A stretch of 64,000 bases of DNA, taken from assembly GCA_028826165.1 (NCBI GenBank), contig JAPDFW010000081.1:310001-374000 (forward strand). Reading direction: 5' to 3'. The stretch's first letter is position 1. Each line of letters begins with the position of its first letter. This document shows positions 36,301 to 49,100 of the stretch, in pieces. This DNA comes from Anaeramoeba ignava BMAN (Eukaryota; Protista; Anaeramoebae). The notes under the pieces were generated by a model, which ran no database searches, was not told where the DNA came from, and was given only the letters and a program-made list of their open reading frames with translations. The translations under genes were made by a program, and so were the position numbers.

Positions 36301-36522
36301 CACATAAAGTGGTGTCCATCTGTATTTATTAATTGTGTATATGTTTATTCCTGATTCAATTAGTTTTTTTATTGTTTTTGTTTCTAAATGATATTGACAT
36401 GCAATATGAAGTAATGTATTTTGATTATTATCTAATTTTTGATCTAAATTGGAAGTTGAATCAAGAATTTTTTCAATTGATTCAAAATGAGAATTTGGAA
36501 GAATTGAAAATAAATCTTGCAT
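33309..36522 (-). CDS. Ankyrin-repeat + tandem BTB-like domain protein (~1070 aa; frameshift near 35810)
   Basis: Many ankyrin motifs (NTLLHIAC, TPLHDAC, GNTALHYAC, NTPLHIACKKG). BTB-like FADLEIVSSDNHRISLHRIWI and YKDVTIKNANSSFFAHKEILFSR. ORFs 36522-35797 and 35783-33309 join through an ankyrin ADF turn. Confidence 0.85.
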
Positions 36523-36717
36523 TATTTTTTATTTATAAAAATTAAATTAAAAAAAAAAATGGAAAAAAAAAATTAAAAAAAAATAAAAATTTTTAATTAA
36601 TTTTTTCTTCTTGCCCAAATGAATAAAAAAAAAATTTAATTAAAAAAAAAATTTTTTTTTATTTTTTTTAATTTTATTTTTTTTAATTTCATTTTTTTCT
36701 TTTTATTTAGATATAAA

Positions 36718-38440
36718 ATGGGACGAATGTTTGGTAGAGGAAAAGGAATGTCAGGTTCAGCCATTCCTTATAAAAGAACAGCACCAGCTTGGTTAAAAAT
36801 TACACCAGAAGAAGTTGTAGCACTTATTTGTCAAATGGCTAAGAAAGGAATGACACCTTCACAAATTGGTTCAAGATTGAGAGATGTACATGGAGTTGGT
36901 CAAGTTAAAGCAGTTACATCTTCAAAGATTTTAAGAATTTTAAAAGGAAATGGTAATTACAATTACAATTCATTTAAAATTCATTTACACAATTCATTTA
37001 CAAAATTCATTTACAATTCATTTACAATTCATTTACAAAATTAAAATTAAAATTAAAATTAATATTAAAATTCATTTATAAAATTAAAATTCAAATTAAA
37101 ATTAAAATTAAAATTAAAATTAAAATTAAAACAAAATTCATTTATATAAAAAATTAAAATTAATTAAAATAAAATTCATTTATATAATTAAAATTAATAT
37201 TAAAATTAATTTACAAAATTAAAATTAAAATTTAAATTAAAATTAAAATTAATATTAAATTCATTTATAAAATTAAAATTAAAATTAAAATTAAAAATTA
37301 AAATTACAAAATTAAAATTAAAATTAAATTAATATTAAAATTAAAATTAAAATTAAAATCAAAATTAAAATTAAAAATAAAAATAAAATAATTAAAATAA
37401 AATTCATTTATATAATTAAAATTAATATTAAAATTAATTTACAAAATTAAAATTAAAATTAAAATTTAAATTAAAATTAAAATTAAATTTAAAAATTAAA
37501 ATTTAAAATTAAAATTAAAATTAAAATTAATATTAAAATTATAATTAAAATTTATTAAAATTAAAATTAAAATTAAAACTAAAATTAAAATTAAAAATAA
37601 AAATAAAATTAATTTATAAAAATTCATTTACAAAATTCATTTAAAATTCATTTATAAAATTAAAATTAAAATTAAAATTTAATTAAAATTAAAATAAAAT
37701 TCATTTATAAAATTAAAATTAAAATTAAAATTAAAATTCATTTATAAAATTAAAATTAAAATTAAAATTAATTTACAAAATTAAAATTCATTTATAAAAT
37801 TAAATTAAAATTCATTTATAAAATTAAAATTAAAATTAAAATTAATTTAAAATTAAAATTAAAATTAATTTACAAAATTAAAATTAAATTAAAATTCATA
37901 ATTTAAAATTAAATTAAAATTAATTTACAAAATTAAAATTAAATTAAAATTCATTTACAAATTTAAAATTAAAATTAAATTAAAATTCATTTATAAAAAT
38001 TAAATTAAAATTCATTTATAAAATTAAATTAAAATTCATTTATAAAATTAAATTAAAATTCATTTATAAAATTAAATTAAAATTCATTTACAAAATTAAA
38101 ATTAAAATTAATATTAAAATTAATATTAAAATTAAAATTCATTATAAAATTCAAATTAAAATTCATTTATAAAATTAAAATTCATTTATAAAATTAAAAT
38201 TAATTTAAAATTAAAAAAGGTCTCGCTCCAAAAATTCCAGAAGACCTTTATCATCTTATTAAAAAAGCTGTTTCTATTAGAAAACATTTAGAAAAAAACA
38301 GAAAAGATAAAGATTCTAAATTCCGTTTAATTCTTGTTGAAAGTAAAATTCACAGACTTTCAAGATATTATAAAACTAATAAACAACTTCCTCCAACTTG
38401 GAAATATGAAAGTTCAACAGCTTCTGCTTTGGTTCAATAA
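36718..38440 (+). CDS. RPS13: 40S ribosomal protein S13 (uS15), 2 exons (36718-36952, 38220-38440), 151 aa
   Basis: [20 protein letters not shown]...TPSQIG..LRD.HG...ILRILKGNG|[51 protein letters not shown]; spliced length is the canonical 151 aa. Confidence 0.98.
36953..38219 (+). repeat. RPS13 intron, 1267 nt, (AAAATT)n with ATTCATTTA(C/T)A units
   Basis: GTAATT...AAAAAG; G appears essentially only at the splice sites. Confidence 0.92.
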
Positions 38441-38626
38441 CTTTAAAAAATTTCAAAAAAAAAATACTTTTTTTTCTTTTTTCTTTTTTTTTTAATACAA
38501 ATTGATTTTTTTTCTTTCATTTTCAAAATCAAAATTCAACAAGAAATAAAAAAAAAAAACTTTCAATAAACTTCAAAAAAAAAAATAAACGTGAAAAAAT
38601 TCTTTCTTTCTTTTTGGGAAATCATT

Positions 38627-40150
38627 TCATTTCCTTAATAATCCAAAAACTTCAATTTCTTTTAATTTCCATTTATCATAAGAACCAGCTAAAAAATGAT
38701 AAGATTCTTTTGATCCATAAGTAATTGAATCAGGTAATTGATAACACCAACCGAAATTTGAATAAAACTTATTAAAAACCTTCAAAGGTTCATTAAAAGA
38801 GTTAATAATTCCAATATCACCATATCCAAAACAAGGACCATGATCTTCTTTTTGAAAAATTGCAAAATGAGGTTTTTTTGATTGAATTGGGAATTTTGTC
38901 GGTTTGTAATTTTTTGGATTGCGAATAGTAAAAATGAAAGCTTTTGGATCGTAAACAAAACCATAGCCTTGATTCTGGTTTTTTTCACGCCATTTTGAGC
39001 GGTCTGTTGTCCATCCAATCGAAGTGTAACCGCCAAAAACAAAACCTTTAGAAGTCTCAATCAAAACAAGAGTTTTACCCAAATCATTGCATTTTTCATG
39101 GAATCTTTTGGGCGAGGATCCGTCTTTCTTGCTTGAATAAACAAGTCTCATTGAGGCAAAAAATTCGTTGTCGCCAATCCAATTTTGGAGCAGTTGAACA
39201 TGCCCAAGTTTCTTGATAATACTTGTTTGTGGAAAACGGATTCTTGGTTTGAAACACAAACGCAGATCCGAATCAACAGCCAATTTCGGCTTTTCTTTGA
39301 TTAATTGCGTGTATTTTATCTGCTTGAGCTCAAAAGACCCATTTCTTGGAAGGGATTTTTTGTAGTTCAAAATATTTGACAGGATTTCTTTTGGGAAAAA
39401 ATGGTGAATTTTACTATTTTTGATATCTTTTTTGGGGATGTCACACCAACGAATTTTATAAAGTAACTTTTTAATAATATCTTGATCGTAATTGAGATCA
39501 TTCACTTTGTTCTCGAGTTGGTTTTCATTATTCTTATTATATTCGATCCATCTGACAACTGAATCGAGAATGAAAAGTTCGCTCTCCATTGGCAGATGAT
39601 CCGAATTCAATATGAATTCAAGATCCTCAAGTGAGAGTTTGACAAACGAAGGGTGATTCACAAATCCTGAAAGATTCAAGCAAATAAAATCCAAGCAGAG
39701 TATCTTCAAATCATCGAAATCAAACTGGCGAGAAAGTTCCAAAAGATCAATTACATTTTCAAAGTGTATGTTTTTTTGGATGTAATTTGTTATGCTTTGA
39801 ATAAGCTCTTCCGAACAGAATTTCCTTGAAATAACAAGCATTTCAATTGCGTTTTCATGATTCAATTCAATTTGTCCTGTGTAAATATAGTTTATAAATG
39901 ATTGCATAATTTCGGGTCGAATGTCAAAAAATTCCACTTTTCGTTCTTGATATTCTTTCATTTTGGATCTTAATAATCCTTTGAAATATTCGCTTCTGCT
40001 TGATAGAATTGCGCTGTGACATTCAATACTGTATGTTTTTTGTGATTGGTAATTGATATTAATTGTAAAATCGAAAAATTCATTGGATGAATTAAGTAAA
40101 TTTTTCAAATCTTCAGTTAGTTTATCAAGTAAAGAAATTTGAAAAGACAT
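38627..40150 (-). CDS. BTB-BACK-TLDc domain protein (507 aa)
   Basis: BTB (IECHSAILSSRSEYFKGLLRSKMKE...FINYIYTG), BACK (FVKLSLEDLEFILNSDHL..SELFILDSVVRW), TLDc (LVYSSKKDG....FHEKCNDLGKTLVLIETSKGFVFGGYT, GPCFGYGDI, EIEVF). Confidence 0.9.
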   Translation of the reverse strand: MSFQISLLDKLTEDLKNLLNSSNEFFDFTININYQSQKTYSIECHSAILSSRSEYFKGLLRSKMKEYQERKVEFFDIRPEIMQSFINYIYTGQIELNHENAIEMLVISRKFCSEELIQSITNYIQKNIHFENVIDLLELSRQFDFDDLKILCLDFICLNLSGFVNHPSFVKLSLEDLEFILNSDHLPMESELFILDSVVRWIEYNKNNENQLENKVNDLNYDQDIIKKLLYKIRWCDIPKKDIKNSKIHHFFPKEILSNILNYKKSLPRNGSFELKQIKYTQLIKEKPKLAVDSDLRLCFKPRIRFPQTSIIKKLGHVQLLQNWIGDNEFFASMRLVYSSKKDGSSPKRFHEKCNDLGKTLVLIETSKGFVFGGYTSIGWTTDRSKWREKNQNQGYGFVYDPKAFIFTIRNPKNYKPTKFPIQSKKPHFAIFQKEDHGPCFGYGDIGIINSFNEPLKVFNKFYSNFGWCYQLPDSITYGSKESYHFLAGSYDKWKLKEIEVFGLLRK

Positions 40151-40184
40151 TTTTTATTATTATTTAAAACTAATAACAACAAAA

Positions 40185-40215
<31 letters not shown>

Positions 40216-40302
40216 CATTTTTTTTTCATTTTTTTTTTTAATTTCATTTTTTATTTTTCAATTTAGATACCCTTTTTTTTTCCCTTTTTAACGTTTCTGT
40301 AA

Positions 40303-43043
40303 ATGTCATCTATTGTTTCAACAACAACAACAACACCAACAACAACAACAGAAACAACAACAACAGAAGAAATAACGTCAAATGTTTTAGATAAAAAAGA
40401 TGTTGTTGATCAATACGAACTTGAAATACAAAATCTTTATCAAATTCAACAACAAGAAAAAAAAGATAAAAGAAAGGAGATTGCTAATCTTGAAGGTATA
40501 TTTCTTTTTGTGAAGTTTATTTGTTTACTTTTGTTTTATTTTTTCATGTTTGACTGTCAAAAAATTTATATTGAAAAATTAAAGAAAAAAAAAAAATTTC
40601 GAATGAAAAAAAATTATAAATATAATTATAAATATAAATATAAATATAAATATAAATATAAATATAAATATAAATATAATTATAAATATAAATATAAATA
40701 TTTAAAATATAAATATAAATATAAATATAAATATAAATATAAATATAAATATAAATATAAATATAAATATAAATATAAATATAAATATAATTATAAATAT
40801 AAATATAAATATAAATATAAATATAAATATAAATATAAATATAAATATAATTATAAATATAAATATAAATCAATTATAAATATAATTATAAATATAAATA
40901 TAAATATAATTATATAAATATAAATATAAATATAAATATAAATATAAATATAAATATAAATATAAATTATAAATATAAATATAAATATAAATATAAATAT
41001 AAATATAAATATAAATATAAATATAAAATATAAATATAAATATAAATATAAATATAAATATAAATATAAATATAAATATAAATATAAAAATATAAAATAT
41101 AAAATAAAAATATAAATATGAAAAATATAAATATAAATATAAATATAAATATAAATATAAATATAAATATAAATATATAAATATAAATATAAATATAATT
41201 ATAAATATAAATATAAATATAAATATAAATATAAATATAAATATAAATATAAATATAAATATAAATATAAATATAAATATAAATATAAATATAAATATAA
41301 ATATAAATATAAATATAAATATAAATATAAATATAAATATAAATATAAATATAAATATAAATATAAATATAAATATAAATATAAAATATAAAATATAAAT
41401 ATAAATATAAATATAAATATAAAATATAAATATAAATATAAATATAAATATAAATATAAATATAAATCTAAATATAAAATAAATATAAATATAAATATAA
41501 ATATAAATATAAATATAAATATAAATATAAATATAAATATAAATATAAAAATATAAATATAAATATAAAATATAAATATAAATATAAATATAAATATAAA
41601 ATATAAATATAAATATAAATAAAAATATAAATATAAATATAAATATAAATATAAAATAAATATAAATATAAATATAAATATAAATATAAATATAATATAA
41701 AATATAAATATAAATATAAATATAAATATAAATATAAATATAAATATAAATATAAATATAAATATAAATATAAATATAAATATAAATATAAATATAAATA
41801 TAAATATAAAAATATAAATATAAATATAAATATAAAAAAAAAATATAAATATAAAATATAAATATAAATATAAATATAAATATATAAATATAAATATAAA
41901 TATAAATATAAATATAAAATATAAATATAAATAAAATATAAAATAAAAATATAAATATAAATATAAATATAAATATAAATATAAATATAAATATAAATAT
42001 AAATATAAATATAAATATAAAAAAAATAAAAATATAAATATAAATATAAATATAAATATAAAATATAAATATAAAATATAAAAATATAAATATAAATATA
42101 AATATAAATATAAATATAAATATAAATATAAATCATAAATATAAATATAAATATAAATATAAATATAAATATAAATATAAATATAAATATAAATATAAAT
42201 ATAAATATAAATATAAATATAAATAAATAGAAATATAAATATAAATATAAATATAAATATAAATATAAATATAAATATAAATATAAATATAAATATAAAT
42301 ATAAATATAAATATAAATATAAATATAAATATAATTAAAATTAAAATTAAAATTAAAATTCAAAAGAACATTTATCACATCTCCTTAACGAACTTGAAAA
42401 AGCAAAAGAAGAAAAAGACAAAGCAAACGAAAATAACCGACATTGGGAAATAATTAACCGAACACTTGAACAAGAACTTGAATCACTTGAAAATCAATAC
42501 AAAGAACTAGAAACAAAAATTGGAGGACAAGAAGAAGAAATCAAAACCAAAGAAAAATTGATACAAGGATTAGTTTTTTATTCAAAAAGAATCCAAAAAC
42601 AAATCGAACGTTCATTTAATTTTGGATTGAAAAAAACATTAAGTCTTTCAACACTTCCAGATAAAAATGAACAAGAAATAAAAGAAATGAAAGAAATAAA
42701 AGAACCACAAAAAGCTCAACCAATTCTCTTTAGAAAAGAACAAGATAATTTCCGTCACGCTCATTCTTTTTCTAATTTACCTTTAAACCAAAATGATTTC
42801 CATAGTGATTCTGAATTTCTTCATAGAAGACAAGTTGATTTAGTTATTGATAATGTTGTTGAAGCTAATGATCCAAATTCAAATCCAAAATCTAAATCAA
42901 AATCAAATTCTAAATCAAAATCAAAATCAAATTCAAAATCAAAATCAAATTCAAAATTAAATTCTAAATCAAATTCAAATTCAAAATCAAAAACTAAAAA
43001 AAGAAGATGGTTTCGAAGAAGGAAAAAAAATAATGATAATTAA
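40303..43043 (+). CDS. Coiled-coil protein of unknown function, 2 exons (40303-40495, 42367-43043), ~289 aa
   Basis: GAAG|GTATA donor and AAAG|AA acceptor join [23 protein letters not shown]... in frame with ORF 42558-43043. Heptad-rich; basic C-terminus [11 protein letters not shown]. Confidence 0.7.
40496..42366 (+). repeat. 1871-nt intron, mostly (AAATAT)n
   Basis: Hexamer array from ~40612 to 42335. Confidence 0.9.
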
Positions 43044-43198
43044 ATAATGATAATTTGAATATTATTATTTTATTATTCAAATAATTGGATTTATGTTTTT
43101 TTTTTTCAAAATTTTTTTCCATTTTTTTAAAAAAAAATGTTTAATCAAAAAAATAAAATAATCAATAAATTTTAAATTTTAAATTTTAAAAATTTAAT

Positions 43199-46100
43199 TT
43201 AATTTAATTTCAATGTAAGAATTTCAATCCAATTATCAAAATCTTGTGTTGAATTAAAAGAGAAAAACCATTGATTAAAATCACCAAGAGATAAACGAAT
43301 AATTTTTGGTCTTTTTGAAAAAATTTGAATAAAAGAATAAGAATTGGCAAGATTATCATTTTGAATTTCTTTTGTTGTTTCTCGAGTTATTATTGATAAT
43401 TTTGCTCCATAAAGACCCAATCGATCTTGTTTTTGGATATCACCAACAAACCAAGAGAAATAAATACTTTGTGAAGAAAGAGTTAAATAACAATCGATCC
43501 ATTTTTTTTGAGAATTTTCAAACATTTGAGCATATCCAGTTAAATCTTTAATCAAAAAAAAGAAAAATTTAGAAAGAATTAATTTTTAAAAAATTTAAAT
43601 AAATATTTTTGTTTGTGTTTTTTTTTTTTTACTTAAACTATTTGCTCTAGATCTTCTTCTTGGTTGTATTTCTTCATTATTTTTAATTGAATTCTCTTCA
43701 TTATTTTTATTTGAATTTTGATTTGAATCTTGATTTGAATTTTCTTCATTTAAATTTTCTTCATTATTTTTAATTGAATTTTCTTCATTTAAATATTCTT
43801 CAGGAAATTGAAAAACATTTAAAGAATCTACATCTTGTTTGTATTCTCTAAAAAGAAATTGAGCAGAAATAGAGTTGAGTTCCCAAAAAGAGATAATTTT
43901 CATGACTATTTGAGTATCAGGAATAACACGAACAGAATTTGCAATTTTTCAAATAGTTTATATTTCCAATTATTTTCGGTTGGAATTCTGCATTTTTTCG
44001 CAACCATCTCTACACAATCTCCGCATGTAGTTGATTCATCAACAAAAATTGTTTTAAAAGAACCATCTTCTGAAAGAATTCGAACAAGTGTTTTTTTGCT
44101 TGATTTGAGAACTTTTGATTCTTGTATTTTTGTTTTTGGAATGTACAATAAACGGGAGAAATTATCGGAATTATCGCCTTTCCATCTACTTTTCACAAAC
44201 CAAATTTTCATGTTTGAATTCAAGATATTTTGCTGCGATCCAATTTGCTCGACCATAACATAATTCTGACTTTGTTTTTCCGTGATCATTTTTTGTTGGA
44301 TCATTTTCTTCTTCACATATTCGCATGCGTCAAATATTGTGTGTTCTTCGTTAAATCGAAGTGTTTTAAACGAGTTATCTTCGAAGAATATTTTCAGTGA
44401 TCCAAAAAATGTCTTTTCATGCTCTTTATGAATTTGAGCTACATTTGATGTATTGATTTTACTTTCTTGTTCTTTTTCCAGTGATGAAAGCTCCTTCATC
44501 AATATTTCACTTACAAATCTCATTGATTTTGTTCGTGCTCGATATGTTCTTCCTTTTTTTTGAAGATTCTCGCTTGGTATTATTTCATTTTCAACATCAA
44601 ATCTTACTTTTTTGGCTGTGCTTGTTCTGTTTTGTTTTCGGTTATTTTCCTTATTTGAATTCGCTTCAATTTCAACATCTTTTTTCAACTGTAAAAACTC
44701 CTCAATTTGTTTGAAACTATTCTTCGCTTTTTCCTCAAATGTTCTGATTTTTTGTTTCATTAATTGAGTAGTTTTCTTGACTTGATGTGCGAATTCTTCT
44801 AGTTTATTGTATATTTTTTCAGGAAATTTATTGGTTTCCATATTTATGTTTGATTCGTACATTTCTAAGAAAGTGTTTACTTGATTTCGGAATTTCTCAT
44901 TTGTTTCTGAAATAATTAATTGCTTAAACTCGTCAAAATAAAGTTGTTCACTTTCATGGAAATAGAAGAAGTATTTTTTGATCTCATTATCTGAATAAAC
45001 AGATTCATCGAAAGATTGATCTGCAATTTGGACAAGTGTTGATAATAAAATATTTGCATCTTCAATCAACCCATCTTTAATATAACCTAATGATTGATCT
45101 AAAATTGCATCAATTGTTTCCAATAATTGATATAATTCTTCATGATGTAAAATACTATTTTGTATGTTTTCGTTTTCATTAATTCTATATTTAACTATTC
45201 CAAGTCGATCTATTGTTTGTATTTTGTTTAATAGTTTCTTTTCTTTTTCAGTTAAATTTTTAATAAATTCTTCTTGATGAAGGGATATGTTTGAAAGATC
45301 TGGTTGTACATCAAATATTAATTCGCAGAATTTTTGAAGGTGATACGGAATAGTATCTTCATGAGAATGGTATTTTCTATAATCACTTTCTTTATTTTTT
45401 TCAATTTGATTATCTTTATCTTTTTCAATTTGATTATCTTTATCTTTTTCAATTTGATTATCTTTATCTTTTTCAATTTGATTATCTTTATCTTTTTCAA
45501 TTTGATTATCTTTATCTTTTTCAATTTGATTATCTTTATTTTTTTCAATTTTATTATCTTTATCTTTTTCAATTTGATTATCTTTATCTTTTTCAATTTG
45601 ATTATCTTTATTTTTTTCAATTTGATTATCTTTATCTTTTTCAATTTGATTATCTTTATTTTTTTCAATTTGATTATCTTTATTTTTTTCAATTTGATTA
45701 TCTTTATCTTTTTCAATTTGATTATCTTTACTTTTTTCAATTTGATTATCTTGAATTTGTTTATTATCTTCGTTATCATTTCGAATAAATGCTTGCAAAA
45801 ATATTTTAGTTCTTTCCTGATTATTTTCATTTTCATTTTCAATTTCTTTTTTAAGTTTTAAAAATTTTTCAATTTGTTTGAAATTATTTTCTACTTTTGT
45901 TTTAAATGTTTTGACTTGTTGCTTCATCGATTGTGTAATTTGTTTGATTTGATTTATAAATTTTTCCAATTTAGGAAATATTTTTTCTGGTATTGTATTA
46001 CTTTCCATATCTATGTTTGATTCATAAAATTCTAAGAAATCGTTTACTTGCTCTCTAAATTTTTCATTATTTTCTGAAACATTTAATTTTTTAAATTCTT

Positions 46101-49100
46101 CAAAATAAATTTCTTCATTTTTATAAAAAACTGATAAATGTTTTTTGATTTCATTATCTGAATAAAAAGATTCATCAAAAGATTGATCAGCAATTTGGAC
46201 AAGTGTTGATAATAAAATATTTGAATCTTCAATTAATCCATCTTTAATATATATAAGTAGTTGATCTAAAATTGCATCAATTGTTTCTAATAATTGATAT
46301 AATTCTTCATGATGTAAAATACAATTTTGTAAATTTTCATTTTCATTTTCATTAATTTCATATTTAATTATTCCAATTTTATCTATTTTTTTTATTTTCT
46401 TAAATATTTTCTTTTCTTTTTCATTCAAATTTTCAATAAATTCTTTTTGATTAAATTTTATATTTGAATAATTAATTTTTGTATTAAATATTAATTCATA
46501 AAATTTTTGAATATGATATGTAATATTTTCATTTTCATTTTCATTTTCAATTTCAATTTCGATTCTGATTTATAGATATTTGATTTTGGTTTTCACTCTT
46601 CCCGATTTTAATTTCTTTTTTAAGTTTTAAAAATTTTTCAATTTGTTTGAAATTATTTTCTACTTTTGTTTTAAATATTTTGATTTTTTGTTTCATAATT
46701 TGTGTGGTTTGTTTGATTTGATTTCCAATTTCTTGAAATTTAGAATATAATTTTTCTGATATTTTTGTATTATTTTGATCTAAAAATGGTTCATAAATTT
46801 CTAAAAAATTATTGAATAATTCTTGTAAATTTGTGTTATTTTCTGAAACATTTAATTTTTTAAATTCTTCAAAATAAATTTCTTCATTTTTATAAAAAAC
46901 TAATAAATGTTTTTTGATTTCATTATCTGAATAAAAAGATTCATCAAAAGATTGATCAGCAATTTGAATAAATGTTGATAATAAAATATTTGAATCTTCA
47001 ATTAATCCATCTTTAATATATATAAGTAGTTGATCTAAAATTGCATCAATTGTTTCTAATAATTGATATAATTCTTCATGATGTAAAATACTATTTTGTA
47101 AATTTTCATTTTCATTTTCATTAATTTCATATTTAATTATTCCAATTTTATCTATTTTTTTTATTTTTTTAAATATTTTCTTTTCTTTTTCATTTAAATT
47201 TTCAATAAATTCTTTTTGATTAAATTTTATATTTGAATAATTAATTTTTGTATTAAATATTAATTCATAAAATTTTTGAATATGATATGTAATATTTTCA
47301 TTTTCATTTTCATTTTTCATTTTCATTTTTCTGAATTTGATTCTTCAATTTGTTTTATTATCTTCTTTGTTTATTATCTTCAATTTGATTATTATCTTCA
47401 ATTTCATTATTATCTTCAATTTGATTATTATCTTCAATTTGATTAATATCTTCAATTTGATTATTATCTTCAATTTGATTATTATCTTTAATTTCATTAT
47501 TATCTTCAATTTCATTATTATCTTCAATTTGATTATGCATTATTATCTTTAATTTGATTATTATCTTCAATTTGATTAATATCTTCAATTTGATTATTAT
47601 CTTCAATTTGATTATTATCTTCAATTTGATTATTATCTTCAATTTGATTAATATCTTTAATTTGATTATTATCTTCAATTTCATTATTATCTTCAATTTG
47701 ATTATTATCTTCAATTTGATTATTATCTTCAATTTGATTATTATCTTTAATTTGATTATATCTTCAATTTGATTAATATCTTCAATTTCATTATTATCTT
47801 CAATTTCATTGTTATCTTCAATTTTTATTTATCTTTCTTTAATTATTATCTTCAATTTGATTATTATCTTTTAATTTCATTATTATCTTTAATTTGATTA
47901 TTATCTTTAATTTCATTATTATCTTTAATTTGATTATTATCTTTTAATTTGATTATTATCTTTAATTTGATTATTATCTTTAATTTGATTATTATCTTTA
48001 ATTTGATTATTATCTTTAATTTGATTATTATCTTTAATTTGATTATTATCTTTAATTTGATTATTATCTTCAATTTGATTATTATCTTTAATTTGATTAT
48101 TATCTTTTAATTTGATTATTATCTTTAATTTGATTATTATATCTTTAATTTGATTATCTTCAATTTCATTATTATCTTCAATTTGATTATTATCTTCAAT
48201 TTGATTATTATCTTCAATTTGATTATTATCTTTAATTTGATTATTATATTTAATTTGATTATTATCTATATTTCAATTTCATTGTTATCTTCAATTTGAT
48301 TATTATCTTTAATTTGATTAATATCTTCAATTTGATTATTATATTCAATTTGATTATTATCTTTAATTTCATTGTTATCTTTAATTTCATTGTTATCTTC
48401 AATTTCATTGTTATCTTCAATTTGATTAATTTCTTTTTTAAGTTTTAAAAATTTTTCAATTTGTTTGAAATTATTTTCTACTTTTGTTTTAAATATTTTG
48501 ATTTTTGTTTCATAATTTGTGTGGTTTGTTTGATTTGATTTCCAATTTCTTGAAATTTAGAATATAATTTTTCTGATATTTTTGTATTATTTTGATCTAA
48601 AAATGGTTCATAAATTTCTAAAAAATTATTGAATAATTCTTGTAAATTTGTGTTATTTTCTGAAACATTTAATTTTTTAAATTCTTCAAAATAAATTTCT
48701 TCATTTTTATAGAAAACTGATAAGTGTTTTTTGATTTCATTATCTGAATAAAAAGATTCATCAAAAGATTGATCAGCAATTTGAATAAATGTTGATAATA
48801 AAATATTTGAATCTTCAATTAATCCATCTTTAATATATATAAGTAATTGATCTAAAATTGCATCAATTGTTTCTAATAATTGATATAATTCTTCATGATG
48901 TAAAATACTATTTTGTAAATTTTCATTTTCATTTTCATTAATTTCATATTTAATTATTCCAATTTTATCTATTTTTTTTATTTTCTTAAATATTTTCTTT
49001 TCTTTTTCATTTAAATTTTCAATAAATTCTTTTTGATTAAATTTTATATTTGAATAATTAATTTTTGTATTAAATATTAATTCATAAAATTTTTGAATAT

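Noticed and set aside
40544-42378. YIYIY/KYKYK ORFs, and the similar run-on tail of ORF 17485-18696
   Set aside because: They lie inside GT-AG introns whose removal restores coherent proteins.
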